The notes: generated by a model from the letters alone, not told the origin. A stretch of 64,000 bases of DNA from Eledone cirrhosa (GCA_964016885.1 OZ024743.1:259470001-259534000), one strand, 5' to 3'. Shown: positions 40,749 to 58,830, numbered from the stretch's first letter. Numbers and translations are program-made.

Positions 40749-41448
40749 CTAGATAACAACAACAACAGCAACAATAGCAAGAGTAACAGCAAGAAGAAGA
40801 AGAAGAAGAAGAAGAAGAAGAAGAAGAAGAAGAAGAAGATAACCAAACACAGGAACCCATCACAGTCTTCCCGTTCCGAGGCAGTATGTTCCTCGTTTGT
40901 GATGCTATTTGCAGAGATACTTTCTTCAGCGATAACCTAGTGAATCGACATCAAACTCAGGCATCGTCGCTCGACAAGCTGAAGATCACAAGTCAATAAA
41001 ATACCGGTTGCTTTCTGATAGGTTTTCCATCATATCTTCCTGGGTCTCCGTACCACAACCTTTACTCATTTTGATCAGAATTGATACGGCTATCTGCAAG
41101 AAATTGGCACAGCTTATTCCTTTCGCAAGTGGGAGCTATTTCGTAGTTGTGTTTGTCTGTTTATATAGCAATGTCAAAGGTATAGAGGATCAGTTTGAAT
41201 TGATAGATACAGTCAAAGAATCTATCTACTACAAAAGAGAGTATTAAGTTTCATAACAACAATAATGTAAAACGTATCTATAAAAGAGTTTCTGTACTGA
41301 TTGGGTCCCAGAAACTGCCGTTATGTCAATTATGTATAGAAAAGAGAATGAAATATCCTTCAATATTAAAAACATGTTAAGCTGTTGGAAATTATATTGA
41401 ATAGTCTCCAAGAGTGTAGTGGATATGGGAAATAAATATCGGTTTTAT

Positions 41449-41449
41449 T

Positions 41450-41513
<64 letters not shown>

Positions 41514-41565
41514 CAGCAGTAGCAGCAGTAGCAGCATCAGTTGTAGTAAATGTAGTAGTACTAGT

Positions 41566-41645
<80 letters not shown>

Positions 41646-41671
41646 CAGCAGCAGCAGCAGCAGCAGTAGTT

Positions 41672-41705
<34 letters not shown>

Positions 41706-41709
41706 CAGC
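41449..41709. repeat. Compound (AGT)n/(AGC)n microsatellite
   Basis: Direct reading. Confidence 0.95.
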
Positions 41710-41719
41710 CTTATTCTAC

Positions 41720-42860
41720 TCGTACATGCTGCTGAATGTTGGTTCGTAAGCTTCTCCGACTATTTCTGCAAATCTTGAATTTCGGACATAATCCTAGAGA
41801 TTTTAGAGATACATCTACGAAATGATTTCCTTCAAAAACAAAGGTAAAACATCCATCTGCGACGATAATCATGGTGTTTCTCCTCACTATATTGATCGTA
41901 TTGTACATACCTCTGTCATTCTCAGCAGAATTACATTTAGACTTGTTGATGATATCTACTCTGTAATCCGATGTCGTTTCTGCACAAGTCGGGGTGCTAT
42001 TGACATCACATTCTCCTTTTGCTAGGTTGTATAGTATGTTCGTGAAAAGAACCAGGATCTCTTTAGGTTTTTTGTGGACTTGACCAAGATCCTTGACATT
42101 GTCAATTAGCAAGCCCTCTGAATAATCCCTCAAAACATTGGCATATCTAACAATATGCTGAATGTTATCATGCCTTTTCGTGAGGGCGGCATAAAATCAT
42201 CAATTATCTCAAATGGCGAATGCTCTGAACACTTTGATGTCACAAACGATATGAAGCAGGGTTGTGTTAGGGCTGCTGATCTCTTTGCTTAGTTTTTCTC
42301 TGTAATTCTCCATTATACATTGATGACTTAGACACTGGTGGCAGATTTGAATTCCGTACATCACGTGGTCTATTCAATCATCAGCGCTGTAAGACTAAAC
42401 AACTTACACGAACAGACTGTTTGCTGATGATATAGCACTTGTAACATTCTTCGAAGTGGCACAAGAATGGATGAAGTGTTTCTCGCTTGGCTCTAAGGCA
42501 TTTTGTTTGAAAATCAGTATTAAGACTGAGGTGGTACATCAACCAGAGCCAACCAACTCCCAGAGAAGTAGATGTTAAGCGCCGGGGCACGGATATCCCT
42601 ATGTTCCCATCACTGTTTATAGAAGGGATATGAACTCTTTTATTTACCTTGGCAGCAAGGTGAACCCATGTGCATTCCTGGATGATGAGATCGTCAATCG
42701 CGACTCAAAGTAACTGACGCTTTTGGCAAACTACATTATTGTTTATGGGGTGTCAGAGGTATGACCCTGAAAACGACGTATACAGTTTATCTTGCAGAAG
42801 TACAGACAACACGCTTATAAGGTTCGGAGACCTTATGCCTTGATACCTTCAACAATGGAC
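41720..42860 (+). pseudogene. Highly decayed RTE-clade RT
   Basis: KNKGKTSICD, CRFCTSRGAID, FVDLTK, NGECSEHFDVTNDMKQGCV, FADD, YLGS remnants. Confidence 0.7.
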
Positions 42861-43092
42861 TGAAGTGCCATTTAAGGCATAAGCATAAACAATATACTGA
42901 GAAAACTATTGAATCCTCATACGTCGAAATACGACGGGAGAGTCTATACTATTACATATCAGAGGCGGGCGAACAATGTCGCAGCATGGTACTACGTCCG
43001 TCTCTGGGTCAAATACATAGCACACACCTTTTCTTTGCTTGTTTCCTTAAAGCTTACCATCATTCTGTTGGTATACATCAATTATACAGTTT

Positions 43093-43150
43093 GCACCTGA
43101 TGAGGTCACCGGGATCTTACGCAAACTGGCCACTGAAATGTGCATAGTGT
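43093..43150 (+). ncRNA. Type-I hammerhead motif
   Basis: GCAC-CUGAUGA-GGUCACCGG...CUGGCCACU-GAAA-UGUGCA-UA-GUGU, then AATAAA. Confidence 0.7.
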
Positions 43151-43631
43151 TTACAGTAATAAAAAATTAAGGAAATTCAACATATTTGGCCTTTTGTCAT
43201 TTCACTTTATATATATACATATATATATATATATATAGAAAGACACATACATATCTACATATATACATACACACACACACACACACATATATATATTTAT
43301 ATATCACACCCATACACCTTTGTACAGATCAACAACAAAAACGCACACAGAGTTCTGTACGGATCAACAACTAACACACACACACGCACAGAGACTTACA
43401 CACCTATATACCCACTCTACACACAAAATAATTTTTTTCCTTTTCAGCATGATGCAGATGCCTTCGATCACTGCTATATAAACCACAATGTACTGAACTT
43501 CTCATACCGACTCTATTCCAAGAGATGGTAACCTGAATAAAACTGCTTTTTCTCAAAGAACATTTTTTTTTCCTTTCTGCCACTGCTCACTCTCCTCTTT
43601 TATTCTGTTTCTTCTTTAATTTCTCATTCTA

Positions 43632-43668
43632 TCTTGTGATGAAGGACTAGTGTCGGAAATGTTAAGAC
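43632..43668 (+). ncRNA. Decayed minimal hammerhead motif
   Basis: UCUU-GUGAUGA-AG-GAC UAGU GUC-G-GAAA-UG-UU-AAGA (C3 mutated to G). Confidence 0.45.
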
Positions 43669-43784
43669 ACTTTTAAATTTTAAAATGCCCTGTAAGCGCC
43701 GTATTTAAATACGGCGCCCCTACGACTCCCTCAGCAATTACCGGACCTTATAAATACATCTCACGCACACACACGCACACACAC

Positions 43785-43881
<97 letters not shown>

Positions 43882-44220
43882 CGTGTGTGTGTGTGTGTGT
43901 GTATGCGCGTGTGTGTGTGAGACGGCAAAACATATAGGGATTATGTTGCACATTTTTCAGTGTTCATATTTAATATAGTAACATGAAAGGGTGATAGAAG
44001 CAGCTGTATTTAAATGATGAGTAGTGTAAATGTAACTGGTGTGTATCTCTGTTAAGGTCTATAGATATATATATACTATTATATATACAATACTGCTGCA
44101 GGTTCTATTACTTTCCAGTAGTCTTGTTTTCTTTCTATATGTATACAATGGAAAAGAGAGTCGAGGATTTTTAGAGGAAAACATAATTTTACTATCTTTC
44201 TCTTACTATCTCTACATCTT

Positions 44221-44261
<41 letters not shown>

Positions 44262-44843
44262 ACACACACATACACACGCACACACACACACTCATAGATG
44301 TGTATGTATGTACGTATATATGAATGAATGTATATCCGTACAGCTAAATATATATATATATATATATAATATGCATATATAATATACATATATAATATGC
44401 ATACATAATAAGTATATTTACATACAGATATAATATATATATATATAAATTATATATATATATATATATAGTTGTATGTATATATACATACACATCTCTA
44501 CGAAGAAACGAAGTTACTCTTAACCTGTTGATTACACTTCTTGTTTATATATATGTATATGTATGTGTGTGTGTGTGTGTGTGTGTATGTATAATAAATG
44601 AAACCAAACAAAACATTAAAATTACAGTTATATTGGGTTCGCGCTTCATATACAAATATGTTTTTACTATTATTTATCCCATCTCTATTTAAAATATTAT
44701 TCTTTTCTTCTTCTTCCTTTTCTTCTATATCTATCCTCTACTTTTTCCTATCTTTATCTAACCTCCCCTTCTTTCCCCCTCTCAATATTTCTTTTCTAAC
44801 TCACAACAGCTGATTGCAACGTGTTATACCTTATTCTCTTTCT

Positions 44844-44899
<56 letters not shown>

Positions 44900-44980
44900 C
44901 TCTCGCCCCCCCCCCCACTCTCTCTCTCTCTTTCCGCATATATATATATATACATATATATGTATATATATATATACATA

Positions 44981-45173
44981 TAACGAACGAAATGTGGTAA
45001 GGAACCAGGTGGACCATAACGCACCAAAGTACTCAATACTTGAGGTAGTAGAGTGGGTAATAGGAACCAGTAAGACCCCGACAGCTGAGCTCAAGCCGTT
45101 TCGACGGCTAATTCTGTCCAGAATTAGCCGTCGAAACGGCTTGAGCTCAGCTGTCGGGGTCTTACTGGTTCCT
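44981..45173. mobile_element. GCTGAGCTC family: perfect ~57-bp-arm palindrome plus unpaired tail
   Basis: Arms 45060-45116 and 45119-45174; tail 44981-45059 shared with 50437-50497, 50885-50937 and 60024-60100. Confidence 0.8.
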
Positions 45174-45409
45174 ATATATATATATATATATACATATATA
45201 TGCATATATGTATATATATATGTATATATGTATATATATATCTATATATGTATATATATATGTATATATATATATGTATATATATATGTATATATATATG
45301 TATATATGTATATATGTATATGTATATATATATGTATATATGTATATATGTATATATATATGTATATATATATATATATATATATGTACATATATATATA
45401 TATATGCAC

Positions 45410-45502
<93 letters not shown>

Positions 45503-45636
45503 GAGGTTATATTTAATTTGTTGGGATTCAACAAGCTTAAACATTTTTTCATAACTGATATAAAGCACTCAACAGTTTAGTGGAGTAAATACACACTATA
45601 TTAATAAATGGAAACTATATTTATAAAACCATATTA

Positions 45637-45700
45637 ATTTTATTATACATATTTCAAGGGCAACCAAGGCAAATTATGGTGCGCTTTCATCAGATACAAT
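45637..45700 (-). ncRNA. Type-I hammerhead motif
   Basis: AUUGUAU-CUGAUGA-AAGCGCACCA...UGGUUGCCCUU-GAAA-UAUGUA-UA-AUAAAAU; same stem III and stem I 3' side as 20572 but a different stem II. Confidence 0.7.
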
Positions 45701-45877
45701 ACAGATTTGTTTTATAAATAAATATTGACATACCCGGAAAAAAGGCAACCTTAACGGTTGGAGCTTCCATATATATATATGTATTGCCTGTACTTTCCTT
45801 CCCTACCCTCAGGTCTCGGTAATTTTCTTTCATTTTGCTATCTCCCTACATCTTATCACCTGATCTATATCCCCCTA

Positions 45878-45915
<38 letters not shown>

Positions 45916-45925
45916 ACTCTCTCTC

Positions 45926-45962
<37 letters not shown>

Positions 45963-46149
45963 CTGCCTTTATATATAGCCCCCCCACCCTACAAATAGAT
46001 TACATGCATACATAATTATATTTCTCTCACTCTCTTTCTACACACACACACACACACACACACACATATCTATATATCTATATAGATAGATAGATAGATA
46101 CACACACACACACACATATATAGAGATAGATAGATCGACACACACACAC

Positions 46150-46258
<109 letters not shown>

Positions 46259-46399
46259 CTCAACAATAACTTTCACTTCCCCAAATCTCAACTCCAAGTC
46301 AGCTGATTATATGTCTTACAGTGAATCTTTCCTCGTCTTCTTTTAATATTTACGCTTTTCAAAATTCTTTCTTTCATTCTCCGGGTTGCCTTCTTATTG

Positions 46400-46621
46400 C
46401 TCCCCCTACGTCACTATCTCTCTCACTGTCTTCTTCTCTCTATTTCTCTCTCTTTCTCTCTCTTTCTCTTTCTCTGTCTCTAACCCTCTGTCTCTTTCTC
46501 TCTCTTTCTCACTCTTTCTTTCTGTCTCTCTCACTCTCTCTCTCTCTCACCCTCTCTCTTTCTCTCTCTTTCTTTCTGTCTCTCTCACTCTCTCTCTTTC
46601 TCTCTCTTTCTTTTAATCTGC

Positions 46622-46669
<48 letters not shown>

Positions 46670-46700
46670 ATTCTCTCTTTCTCGTTCTTTCTCCCTTTAC
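46400..46700. repeat. Degenerate (CT)n pyrimidine tract
   Basis: Direct reading. Confidence 0.9.
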
Positions 46701-47109
46701 CCCATTCTCTTCATAGACTCTCTGTCATCCCTTACTCCTCTCGCATTATTACAGTTGATATTTGTTTCATATTTCTATTTATTTACATATTTCTTCTTGG
46801 ATCTTTTTCCTTCAAATCTATTCACTTCAAATCTATTCACTTCAAATCTATTCCCCTCTTTTTTCTTCATCTCCCCACCCCACCTCTCTTCCCCTCTTGG
46901 ATTCTATCTGTCTATCTAACTATCACCTGGTCTCTCAAAACACACACACTTACACTCGCATTTATATGTATATATATATTATATATGTATAAATAGACAC
47001 GTAGACTCACAAGCACGCCCCTCTCTCTCTATTACACACACATATATATAATCATGGAGAGAAGTTTAGTATATAGAGGTATTGGCACGTACATATGTAT
47101 ATTAATGTA

Positions 47110-47300
47110 TGGTGGATTGGCAGTATCGGCAGAGGGCGGGGCCCCATGCTTTGAAGCATAGAGTTACCTCCCTTTATGATCTGAGTTCAAATCCCGCCGA
47201 GGTTATGTTTGCCTTTCATCCTTACGGGGTCGATAAAATAAAGAAAGTACCAGTAATGTACTGGTTAATTGCTGGCCTTGTGCCAAAGGTAGAAACAATT
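47110..47300 (+). mobile_element. SINE, full length
   Basis: A/B boxes and body; TSD attaatgtat. Confidence 0.85.
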
Positions 47301-47688
47301 AATGTATATTGGTGATTATATTTTTGCACAAAATACACACGTTTATGTACACAGATCTTCATGATTAGAGAGGTTTTTGTGTGTATGTGTGTGTAAGAAT
47401 AATAAGCTGTATATGTATATTAATACATTTCGAGTCGATACACATTACCTTAAAGTGATATATATATATATATATATACATATTTTATTTATATATATAT
47501 GTATGTATATATAAATATAGTGTATGTGATTCATTCAATTACTGGCGGTGGTACCAAAGGGAGCACTCGATACACAGGCAGAGTGTAAACATTAAGAAAA
47601 GCGTTGAAGTTTCGTTTACATGTATTTATTTTTTTATTGAGTATGAATAAAAATCTGAAAATATATAAACGAAACTTGATCGGTTTCC

Positions 47689-47793
<105 letters not shown>

Positions 47794-47810
47794 ATAGATA
47801 TATATATATA

Positions 47811-47854
<44 letters not shown>

Positions 47855-47866
47855 TATATATATATT

Positions 47867-48540
<674 letters not shown>

Positions 48541-48567
48541 ATATATATATATATTTATATATATATA

Positions 48568-48602
<35 letters not shown>

Positions 48603-48605
48603 ATA

Positions 48606-49444
<839 letters not shown>

Positions 49445-49452
49445 TATATATT

Positions 49453-49608
<156 letters not shown>

Positions 49609-49636
49609 TATTTATATATATATATATATATTTATA

Positions 49637-49951
<315 letters not shown>

Positions 49952-49962
49952 TTATATATATA

Positions 49963-50011
<49 letters not shown>

Positions 50012-50022
50012 TTATATATATA

Positions 50023-50063
<41 letters not shown>

Positions 50064-50170
50064 TTATATATATATATATTTATTTATATATATATATATT
50101 TATTTATATATATATATATTTATTTATATATATATAAATTTATTTATATATATATATATTTATATATATA

Positions 50171-50974
<804 letters not shown>

Positions 50975-50985
<11 letters not shown>

Positions 50986-52586
50986 CTGAGGATGTCTGTC
51001 TGTGTGTATGTGAGTTTGAATCCCTAAAACTAGAGAAGCACCCAATTGACTGTTTTCAAAGTTTACACATGTAATACTTATGTTTCAGGGAGTGTTCTCA
51101 GCAAAAATAATTTCAAACTTTGAATGCCCTAGGGACCGCATCAGGCGATTTACCGATCTCTCTCTATAATTCTTAGTCTTTCTCTTTTTAGATAGATACA
51201 TACATATAACGTCGCACCCTTATAATTGTTTCTACTTTTTGGCACAAGGCCATCAATTACCCAGTACATTTCTGGTACTTTATTTTATCGACCCCGTAAG
51301 GATTAAAGGCAAAGTTAACCTCGGCGGGGTTGGAACTCAGACCGCAAAGTTCAAATCCCGCCGAGGTTAACTTTGCCTTTCATTCTTACGGGGTCGATAA
51401 AATAAAGTACCAGTATATCTGTCTGTATGTCTACCTCTGCATTACGTCACTTCCTATAATTCGCTCTGCGTCCAGAACGCGCCCTTATAATATCTGTCTG
51501 TATGTCTACCTGTCTGCATTACGTCACTTCCCACAATTCCCTCTCCGTCTAGGACGCGCCCTTATAATATCTGTCTGTATGTCTGGCTGTCTGCTGCCTC
51601 CGGTTATTCAGCCACCCTTGCTCAAGACAAATCTCACACTCATTCCCCAAACAGTTGGTAAGTGCACAACTTCTTCCTCACGTTTTAAGCCAGTGTTGCT
51701 TACTTACGTACCACCAGACCCATTCTTCTTTGCCAGCCGTGGTTGTGGCAATACTAGGCTTAGCTAAGGCGGTTATATATTTCACAATATCTTATCCTGT
51801 GCAACGCCGGGTACCTCTGCTAGTATATATATAAAACTGAGGATGTCTGTCTGTGTGTGTGAGTTTGAATCCCTAAAACTCGAGAACCCACAAACCGACT
51901 CTTTTCAAACTTTACACATATAATACTTATGTTTCAGGGTGTGCTCTGAGCAATTTCAAATTTTCAATGCCCTAGGGACCGCATTAGGTGATTTAGCGAT
52001 CTCTCTCTATAATTCTTAGTCTTTCTCCTTTTAGATAGATACATAGATATAACGTCGCGCCCTTATAATATCTGTTTGTATGTCTGACTGTCTGCATTAC
52101 GTCACTTCCCTGAGGATGTCTGTCTGTGTGTGTGTGTGACTGTGAGTTTGAATCCCTAAAACTCGAGAAGTACCCAACCGACCTTTTTCAAACTTTACAT
52201 GTGTATTACTTATGTTTCAGGGAGTGTTATGCACATAAAAAGAATTCAATTTTTGATCCGCTAGGGCCCGCATTAGTTAGAAAACTGCGTTTTTTCAGGT
52301 TTTAGGGGTTTTTTGAGTCGTTACGTCAGACTGATTTCCTTGAAATTGTAGCTATGTATTAGTCAGTCTCTTCTTCATACCGTGAGCAAAGAAAATCCAA
52401 CTTGTTTATGGTCTAGGGCCTGCATTAGGTGAAAACCTGCATTTTTCCTGCTTCATCGAGGAAAATCTTAAAGATTATCCAACCATCAGAGTATTTGGTT
52501 TGTTTTCTTTACATATTGTCCACGCATGCAGTTTTTCCCCGATTAGGTCTGTTGGCAGTCCGCGCAACGCCGGGTACCACTGCTAG
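50975..52586 (+). mobile_element. Two head-to-tail non-autonomous Helitrons with internal duplications
   Basis: ctgaggatgtctgtctgtgtgt head at ~50986, 51837 and 52110; 3' ends gcaacgccgggtacc.ctgCTAG|t at 51823 and 52586. Confidence 0.75.
51222..51415. mobile_element. Inverted SINE pair inside a Helitron
   Basis: Minus SINE 3' part 51222-51338 followed by a plus-strand B-box-to-gtaccag segment 51348-51415. Confidence 0.8.
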
Positions 52587-52589
52587 TAT

Positions 52590-52684
<95 letters not shown>

Positions 52685-53627
52685 TATGTATATATATATA
52701 TACATAGTTAGTTCCACAACAACTTAGCTAACCATATTCGAGGACGCGCGATTCGCCCAACGGACTCTCAACTCAATGTTTCCCTTAAATTTCCGAAATT
52801 TTATTGCGAATTATCTAGATTAATTAACTGTTTCTTTTTTTATATATGATAATTTGACGCAAACTCAATAATTATGTATTATAACATGTACTATAGCCTC
52901 GCAGTGAAAAGTAAACAATCTGGTTTCAACGAAGTTTGCCCCTAAAATATAGGGATATATTTTCTTGTAATGTTAGGCCTTCATCCTAGAATGAATGCCC
53001 ATGCTCTGTCTACAGAGAGAATATTAATCCTATATAATCTATACAATATGGCAGAGAACTAAACCAGGTAGTCTAAATTTCTTAAAAGTGCATGTACCTT
53101 AGCGGTGGAGTAATGACAAAATCAAGAAAGTCATTAGATGTTTTAATGTTTAATAGTTCAGTTTACGTCATATACATAGTATAAGCTAATTGTCTCCTTG
53201 TAAAGAGAAACATGTATTCTACCGACAGAGAGACAAAACGTGACCTGTAGAATTTTGCTTACTTTTTATATTGAGGATAATTTGTAAGCATATTAAAAAG
53301 AGATGTAGAACTACATTAGTAAAGATTTGCTGTTATATACTGCCGTCTCAATTACATAAGTATTTTACAGTGTAACTGTTTTAAGTATAATGCAAATTCC
53401 ACAATCCAGTACAGCTCTGTTCTTAGACAGTTGTACACTTCCGTATATAGTCTTACAGAACATCCAATATGCACGTTTCTTAAGCATTAAAGTCTATGTA
53501 TGAAATACGTATTTAATACGTTGTAGTCAGACAGGTGTTTAAAATGAAAACAATGTATTTGTTTTTCGTTTTTGATATGTCCACCGTTGAAGAGATGTTC
53601 ATTCGGGTTACATATGTATGTATGTAT

Positions 53628-53849
53628 GTCGGGTCATTCTTGAGTGCTATTGGTAACGTGTAACCCAGTATAATCTGTCACATGGTCGGGTCGTCGGCGA
53701 CTAAACCGGCAACCCCACCAAGTTTACTTGGTAAGGAGGGTGATTTTGGACACCCTGCAGGACAAAAAACAAAACCCGACAAAGGGCGGAAGAACTCATA
53801 AGAGTCAACGGCCATCCCAAAATGTGTAAATATTTATATACATATGTAC

Positions 53850-53897
<48 letters not shown>

Positions 53898-54972
53898 ATG
53901 CATGTGTATATGCACGGGGACATAGAAATAATCGGGCTGGATACCCGATCGCGTGGTTAAACCACTGGAAGTGAAGGAACCCTAGCTTTTGTCAGGGCAT
54001 TCTTCTAGGAGAGGGCAACTCCGTAAACTGGGATAACTCCGACATAAAACCTTCGGCTCAGTAGTTACCGATGATGTTGATCTTTTCTTCTTTTCGGATT
54101 ATAGCTACTGTCACTCAGAGAGTGGGATTGGCTCAGTGCACAGTCTTTCCTCACATTAAAAAAAAAATCTTCACGCACAGGAATTGCACGATAGTATTAA
54201 TTAATAATTATTGATAATGATTAATAATTATTGATAATAATAATGTTATATCGTGCAATGGCCATACTCGATAACGAGGGGGCAACCACCATGTATGTAC
54301 GTATGTATGTATGTATGTACGTATGTATTATGTATCAGGTCACCACTTGGTGCTACTGGTAACATGTATGCCAGTACAACCTGTCTCATGGTCGGGTCGT
54401 TGGCGACTAAACTGGCAACCCCACCAAGGTTTCTTGGTGAGGAGGGTGACTTTGGACATCCTGCAGGACTAAAAACAAAACCTGCCAAAGGGCAAAGGAG
54501 CTGTTAAGAGTCAATGGCCATCCAAAATCACCGGGAGAGATGACCCCTTAGCCTTTGTCAAGGCAGAATTCTAGGAGAAGGAAAACTCTGATGTAACACC
54601 TGCAACCCTGATGGTATCCAATGATGTTGACTTGTTCTTCTTTTTGGTAAATATCATCTTGGTTAAGAGAGTGGGACTGGCTTTGTGCAGTGCCTTTACT
54701 CACTATAAAAGCTTCACGGCACAGGCATTGCTTTATATCTGGAGATCTCTCTGCACTTGTCGTCACATGGTACCATGGGCCCAGCACTGTGTGTCAATAA
54801 TTGTCACAGGTGTAGTGTTTGTACCAGAGTTTTCAAGTCGCTGGCTGGACTAAAAAGTCACACTCGTTCAGCGCATCGGCAGGGGTTCTCCTACATGGAT
54901 ATAAAGTAGTGGCCGTACTCGAAAACGAGTTGGCAGCCACTATGTATGTATGTATGTATGTATGTATGTATG

Positions 54973-55000
<28 letters not shown>
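53628..55000 (+). mobile_element. Tandem non-autonomous RTE-derived elements in (TGTA)n
   Basis: 53628-54190 and 54335-54730 share a 5' region; 3' ends at 54251-54290 and 54905-54940 match the RTE-type terminus at 21055-21095 and end in (TGTA)n. Confidence 0.65.
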
Positions 55001-55003
<3 letters not shown>

Positions 55004-55010
55004 GTATGTA

Positions 55011-55043
<33 letters not shown>

Positions 55044-55479
55044 CTAAACTCAATGGATTGATTATGAGAGTTTCAAATATCTCATACGCCACACACGTGG
55101 GATGTGAAGAGAATCATCGAACGGGAAGGAATGTTTGACCAAAATGTGTACACGTAGATGGAACAGACAAGATTTTTCAAAGTTCTTTTTACTTACATAA
55201 CACACAATTCCCCATTTTTCACATTCAGTAGTTAGGACTTTAAAAGAAGTAAGAGGTATGTTTACATATTTAAGATTATATTTCAGTTTATCTATATATC
55301 TGAGTAATGGTCAGCCTACATGAAGTGCACGGTTATGAATTTAAATGTATAACAGTACCTTGGGTGTGCGGTCATCAGTCATCCGTAGGATATGACCAGC
55401 CCATCTAAAATGCGATTCTATCAGAAAAGATTCAATCCAACCTGTATAAATATATATATATGTGTGTGTGCGTGTGTGT

Positions 55480-55860
55480 GTCCCGGGTTCAATCGGGGGG
55501 GTAACCACAGTAACGAAGGTACTCCATACATAGCAGATAATACATTTTTAACATATATATATAGAAATTTCGTATTTCTAAAGAAACACGGTATGTTTAC
55601 AGCATTTACACAGACGAGAAAACTATATATTCTCGACTGTTTTCAAGTCCAGCAGAGGCAAGCGTGGGAGAGATCGTGCTGATGAAGACCAGTTAAGTCT
55701 GAAATGCATCGACGATTATCCCCCTTGCTTCTGCTAGAAATCACCAGAGGGCGCTAGCCACGGTGTTTTTATTTTTGTTTTTTATTTTTGCACAGCTACG
55801 GCTTCCTAAATGTTTACCTGTAAACATACCGTGTTTCTTTAGAAATACGAAATTTCTATA
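55480..55860. mobile_element. PLE-like insert with 42-bp inverted ends and tail
   Basis: 55561-55602 is the reverse complement of 55818-55859; unpaired tail 55480-55560. Confidence 0.7.
55673..55716 (+). ncRNA. Minimal type-I hammerhead motif
   Basis: AUCGU(G)-CUGAUGA-AGAC CAGUUAA GUCU-GAAA-UGCA-UC-(G)ACGAU. Confidence 0.75.
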
Positions 55861-55901
55861 CATATCTGCATACAGCTATGCCTGAAGCTAAATCCTAATT
55901 C

Positions 55902-56096
<195 letters not shown>

Positions 56097-56378
56097 CTGT
56101 ATACATATGTTTGTGTGTGTGTATATATACATATATATATTTGTGAAACGAGTCTTATCGAAAGAATGGACACAGCTTCGGTCGTTTCTTCACTCTCAAT
56201 AATTTAATTTAGTCGATTTATTAAGATTCGAATCCAACCGATTAGATAGTTCATTTAAACGTTAATCAGTGAGAAAGATATCTTGGTGTGGGTAGGGAAT
56301 TTCAGCTACTTGGAACCGCTTCCTCAGCTGGTGTTGGCCTCCACGGACATGGAATGATCTATATGGCTATCTAGTATA

Positions 56379-56475
<97 letters not shown>

Positions 56476-56476
<1 letters not shown>

Positions 56477-56972
56477 TTAATTAAAAACATTTAGAAGACC
56501 TTTCGCTATCAGTTTTAAAGTAGTGCTTATGTCATTTACTTATTTGTCAGCAAAGGTAAGGAGAGAGGCTGACAGTCTGTTTTTCGCTGTTTGCGGTTTA
56601 TCAAAACGTCGCACGCCCTGTCTTTGCCGAAAATTATAGTAGCTGGATTCTTATAGAATTCCAGTAATAATCAGGCGCTGATTACACAGAGCGATTGCCG
56701 GTCCAGCAAAAACTAGGTATTAATATTAGTGCTCTGAAATAGCGATGTGCACATGAATGTAAGTATAGTATATTTGCCAATATAACGTATGTTTAATTAA
56801 AAACATTTACAAGACCATTCGCTATCAGTTTTAAAGTAGTGCCTATGCCACTTACTTATTTTGGGGCAAAGGTAGTGAGAGAGACTGACAATCTGTTTCT
56901 CTCTATCTTCATGTATACATCGCTATTTCAGAGCACCAAGAGTTACATATGAATAAAATTAGTCCTTCATCA

Positions 56973-56976
<4 letters not shown>
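56476..56976 (-). mobile_element. Two related PLE-like 3' ends with decayed HHR cores
   Basis: ~105-bp direct repeat at 56477 and 56792; minus strand CUGAUGAAGGAC...GUGCUCU-GAAA at ~56915-56973. Confidence 0.55.
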
Positions 56977-57039
<63 letters not shown>

Positions 57040-57040
57040 G

Positions 57041-57112
<72 letters not shown>

Positions 57113-57210
57113 TGTGAATTCGGTATATTTGAAGATATACGATATGTTTAATAAGTAGACATTTGGAATGCCTAGCGAATTTCTACAGAAGCAGCGTGTG
57201 ACAACTTTCC

Positions 57211-57240
57211 ATATATATTTCAGGTTCCAGCCATCATCAG
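57211..57240 (-). ncRNA. Minimal hammerhead core
   Basis: CUGAUGA-U-GG CUGGAA CC-U-GAAA-UAUA-UA; weak stem I. Confidence 0.5.
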
Positions 57241-57527
57241 GACACTGCTCCCCTTGCTCTCTGCTGGAACTATAAACAGGCGAAAATCTATATATTTCCG
57301 CCTGTTTAGATTGGCTCATTAGTCTCATTTGCATATAAAGCTGTGTAAGTTGACACAACTTGAAAGTAGAATTGAAGTTTTAGCTCTGACCTAGCTGTAT
57401 ACGTAAAAGTATGCGAATTCCGTATATCTAAAGATACATGGTATATTTATTAAATAAACATTTGGAAGGCCTACCTACACATAAAAGAAAGTATGCATAC
57501 GTACACACACACATATATATATATATT

Positions 57528-58559
<1,032 letters not shown>

Positions 58560-58609
58560 GCAAGTACACAGGAACGATGTCATGGTTGCATCAAAAATGA
58601 AGTTTATAG

Positions 58610-58830
58610 CACTTGACAATTGTTTCAATATCGATCAGCCAAGGGTTCGATCATAATGGTCGGGGTCCGACCGACTCTGCACTATATATCTCATCAGATA
58701 TGCGTTCGTGGGCACAGAACACGTTATAATCCCACGAACGCTATTCTGATGTTATTTTGGTATAGTGATGGGCCCCGAACATTATGTTCGAACAATGAGC
58801 TAATTGATACCGAAACATGTGTCATATGCA
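58610..58830. ncRNA. Two divergent hammerhead motifs (58610-58702 -, 58740-58830 + decayed)
   Basis: Minus: CAUAU-CUGAUGA-GAUAU...AUAUU-GAAA-CAAUUG-UC-AAGUG. Plus: CUGAUG..GGUAU...AUACC-GAAA-CAUGUG-UC-AUAUGC. Both are preceded by ccacgaacgc. Confidence 0.6.

Noticed and set aside
41419-41778. Poly-Ser ORF
   Set aside because: Translation of the (AGT)n/(AGC)n microsatellite
55270-55385. CUGAUGA...GAAA on the minus strand; similar weak cores at 39650-39700, 47655, 50650 and 56293-56327
   Set aside because: Stems I or II could not be formed convincingly, so these are not counted as hammerheads
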